DNA from: Candidatus Omnitrophota bacterium
GTDB lineage: Bacteria; Omnitrophota; Gorgyraeia; Aquiviventales; Aquiviventaceae
Assembly: GCA_016198905.1 (NCBI GenBank)
Contig: JACQHR010000036.1
Coordinates: 1-56,090, forward strand
Length of the DNA: 56,090 bases
Direction of reading: 5' to 3'
Under the pieces are notes generated by a model. It was not told where the DNA came from. It searched no databases and saw nothing but the letters and a program-made list of their open reading frames with translations. Below, in pieces: positions 53,548 through 56,090 of this stretch (position 1 is the first letter of the stretch; each line of letters starts with the position of its first letter). Made by a program: the position numbers and the translations under genes.

Positions 53548-54933
53548 TGAAGCGTCCCATTAACTGTTGGTCTTTTGAGAGAACGTGAACCAGTCCAGGC
53601 CCGTGAGATCGACCCCGGCACACGCTAACGGCGCCTTGCCATTCTTGTGACGATGGCGCCCGCGACAATCGGTGTACGGTTTAAAACGATGGTAGCAGCT
53701 CCAGAGATACAGATAGCCCCGCGCTTGCTGCGGACTCCCGACGCCCTCGAGTGTTTTCAACCGTCGGTTGAGTTGCTTGATGAGGTTCTCGATCCGGTTG
53801 TTCGTCCAGGGCATCTCGGGATGATCGAGGTACGTCATCAGGGCTGCCCGATGGGTCCGCAGCGAGTGCACCAGCGCGCGCTCGTCGGAGGAGCGCGCGC
53901 TGGTGCTCGTGTGCTGAAAGCGGCTCCATCGAACCTCGGCGTCTTCGGCGGTGCGACTCGACAGCCAGATCCGCGCCCGACGCCGCAGACGCAAGGCGAC
54001 TCCAGGCGCTTGCTTGATGGCAGCGAGCCGCTGCCGAATCTGTCGCACCCCCATGTGGTACCAGACCTGATGTCGGTGGAGGATCGGCGTGTCGTCGCGC
54101 CAGCGTCGCCAGCGCTGCAGCTGCTGCCACCGCTGCCGCCGGATCGCGGCATAGCGCGTGTAGTCGTCGATCAGTCGCAGCGTGTGCGTCAAGCAGCCCT
54201 GGTGCGGGACGCCAGGCCAGACCTGCTGCACGGCCCAGAAGATCTCCTCGCGCAAGTCGCTGATCACGCCCCGGATCGGGTAGTGCAGCTCGTCGCGGAC
54301 GACCAGCAGGAAGTCCCGGATCGTCTCCCGCTGCTCGCTCCCCTCGAACAGGGCGACGTGCACCACATCGCCCGTGCTGTCCTGCGCCAGGAACGCCGTC
54401 CAGGCGTAGGCCGGCAGCCCCTTGAGTTTGATCCCTTTGCCGTCGAGGTGCAGGTAGCCGGCCCAGGAGGGCTTGAGCTCGTGGGCGACCTCGATGGGCG
54501 TCTTGCAGGCCTGCGCCGCTCGCGTCAGCGCCCGATGCCCGGTCATGCGTCCGAATCGCCGGTGCGTCAGTTCGCTGAGGCGTTTGGCAATGATCCGGAA
54601 GCTGCTGCGATCTTCGAGGTGACGCTTGACACTCTCGGCCAGCAGATCGCTCGCGTAGCGCTGTCCACGTCCCGGGCGCTCGCTGAAGGTCCGTCCACAC
54701 TGATGGCAGCGGTACCGTTGCGTGTCTCGGCGTCGGGTGCGACGTAAGGCGACTTCCCATCGACGGATGGTCCCGAACTTCTGAGTCACCAGACTTCCAC
54801 ACCAGCGACATGCGTGCCGTCTTTTTTTTCACCGCGTTGCCCTCCTCAAGGCGTGTGCCATTCCTTATGTTCCCTAATCGCCTTGAGGATAAGATGTTGT
54901 AGAGAAATCATCAACAGTTAATGGGACGCTATC
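53548..54933 (-). mobile_element. IS256/Mutator-like insertion sequence (~1.39 kb)
   Basis: 19-bp perfect IR AGCGTCCCATTAACTGTTG (53551-53569 / 54912-54930); 8-bp target duplication TGCAATTG (53540-53547, 54934-54941). Confidence 0.92.
53560..54832 (-). CDS. DDE transposase (Mutator/IS256-like) with Zn ribbon; frameshifted at an A8 run after the GTG start
   Basis: LDG, SD, C..H (QGCLTH), TNNRIE motifs; CRWC/CHQC Zn ribbon; GAGGAGG SD before GTG 54832. Confidence 0.85.
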
Positions 54934-54952
54934 TGCAATTGGACTCATCGTA

Positions 54953-55118
54953 TCTCCGGCAGATCGCTCGCCTCACCGGAGCGCTCGCCGTGTCCCACCG
55001 AGCCACGGCTTCGCTCGGCGGCGCTCCTGGCTCGCCCCAGGACATCAACACCTATGGGGGCACCTTGGCCGCTGCGTCGCGCCGACGTCCGGCTCGTGCG
55101 ATCGACCTGCCGGGGAGA
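54953..55118. repeat. GC-rich multibranch palindromic element
   Basis: CCGGCAG-ATCGC ... GCGATC-GAC-CTGCCGG imperfect terminal IR; shares motifs with 30371-30512 and the tRNA-linked units. Confidence 0.55.
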
Positions 55119-55146
55119 GCTATGGTTCGGTTCCTTGTCATCTGAG

Positions 55147-56010
55147 TCAATGAGGACGCTCCCGCTTGTGATAACCGTACGTCACCGATACGAGCGTCAG
55201 ACCTTTGGCCGGGGCGGTCGTGCCGGCGAGCGCGCGGTGTTTTGTGCGCAGCATCCGAGCGACGGTTCCGGCCGGCAACCGGCCTCGACCGACGTCAATG
55301 AGGGTGCCGGCAATGCTACGCACCATCGTATGCAGAAAGCCGCTGCCCTTGATCTCGAGGTGCAACTCAGAGCCACGACGTTTGAGCTGAACATCGGTGA
55401 CCTGGCGTACCGTTGTCCGTCCAGCCGACCGCGCCCCAGCACCGGTGCCCCGGCCCGCCGCTTGCTGTTGCCGGAGCGGGCGACGCTCGTGATTGTCGAC
55501 GCGGGCAAACGCGCGAAAGTCGTGCCGTCCTTTGAGGATGGCGAGTTCCCGGCGCATGCGCCCCACCTGCAGCGGCACGCGCACGTGGCAGATATAGGGG
55601 CGGATAAACGGCGGCACCACCTCGCCCAGATACCATCGATACCGATACCATTTGCCGGTGGCGTGAAATTGCGCCTGAAACCTGGGGCTGGCCTCTTCCA
55701 GCGCGGTCACCGCGATATCAGTCGGCAAGAGGTGATTGATCGAACGCTGCAGGCGCTCCACAGGCATCGCGGAGCGAGTCTTCACATGCGCCACTTGCGC
55801 TTCGGCGTGCACGCCGGCGTCGGTGCGCCCGCTGCCGATGACATGCACCGGCTCTTGCAGCACCTGCCGCAGGATGCGCTCGAGCGTCCCCTGGATTGTC
55901 GGCCTTTGCTGTTGCTGTGTGCTGAGTGCTGTGTGCTTGGTGCTGCGCTGAACCTGCCAGCCCGCATAGCGGGTGCCGTCATACGCGATCGTCAGCTTCA
56001 GCGTCCTCAT
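55147..56010 (-). CDS. truA: tRNA pseudouridine(38-40) synthase TruA with two insertions
   Basis: IAYDGT.Y.GWQ, SGRTDAGVHA, GRHDF.AF, GFLHTMVR, TAPAKGL.L. Confidence 0.96.
   Translation of the reverse strand: MRTLKLTIAYDGTRYAGWQVQRSTKHTALSTQQQQRPTIQGTLERILRQVLQEPVHVIGSGRTDAGVHAEAQVAHVKTRSAMPVERLQRSINHLLPTDIAVTALEEASPRFQAQFHATGKWYRYRWYLGEVVPPFIRPYICHVRVPLQVGRMRRELAILKGRHDFRAFARVDNHERRPLRQQQAAGRGTGAGARSAGRTTVRQVTDVQLKRRGSELHLEIKGSGFLHTMVRSIAGTLIDVGRGRLPAGTVARMLRTKHRALAGTTAPAKGLTLVSVTYGYHKRERPH
55907..55947. repeat. heptamer array inserted in frame in truA
   Basis: TGCTGT TGCTGTG TGCTGAG TGCTGTG TGCTTGG TGCTGCG. Confidence 0.8.
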
Positions 56011-56016
56011 GACATC

Positions 56017-56090
56017 GCAGGGGCATGGGGCAGGAGACAAGGGGCGAGGATAAGTTGAATGATTCGCCTACCCGCCCCCCGCCCCCCGCC
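56017..56090. repeat. heptamer arrays in opposing orientation upstream of truA, running to the window end
   Basis: CATGGGG CAGGAGA CAAGGGG CGAGG ... CCCGCCC CCCGCCC CCCGCC. Confidence 0.6.

Noticed and set aside
53498-53668. N-terminal extension of L13 in the ORF track
   Set aside because: It spans the promoter and the IS end; L13 homology starts at ATG 53497

Overview
GC-rich bacterial chromosomal segment with almost all genes on the minus strand. Gene content and pilin style suggest Candidatus Omnitrophota (inference only, no database search). Housekeeping blocks: CNNM-nadD-proA-proB-obgE-rpmA-rplU; GT2-rng; GT-C-like-rsmE; cutA-wHTH-TPR-uvrA; and nadX-panD-panC-folK-dapL-dapB-dapA-dapF-lysA-argHGFDBJC-rpsI-rplM-truA. 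They surround a ~15 kb type IVa pilus operon, a RelE-type toxin-antitoxin pair, tRNA-Ala(CGC), a secreted multidomain metalloprotease and an IS256/Mutator-type IS. Main unusual observations: (1) The pilus operon has no PilY1. That slot holds two tandem, mosaic, secreted 'EDVTxTTYYPSPRG' fibre-like proteins with divergent Cys-rich tips, and a relic of pilM marks the duplication junction. (2) The operon is headed by a c-di-GMP-I (GEMM-I) riboswitch whose 3' half is duplicated, giving two alternative folds with opposite predicted effects on a terminator. (3) Heptamer/nonamer tandem arrays and small palindromes are inserted in frame in UvrA, DapF, TruA and ArgD and between genes. (4) Two ~150-170 bp structured units bounded by copies of the tRNA-Ala 3' end appear to have dispersed relatives. 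(5) The transposase start is out of frame with its Zn-ribbon across an A8 run, and the IS sits just upstream of the rplM -35 box.
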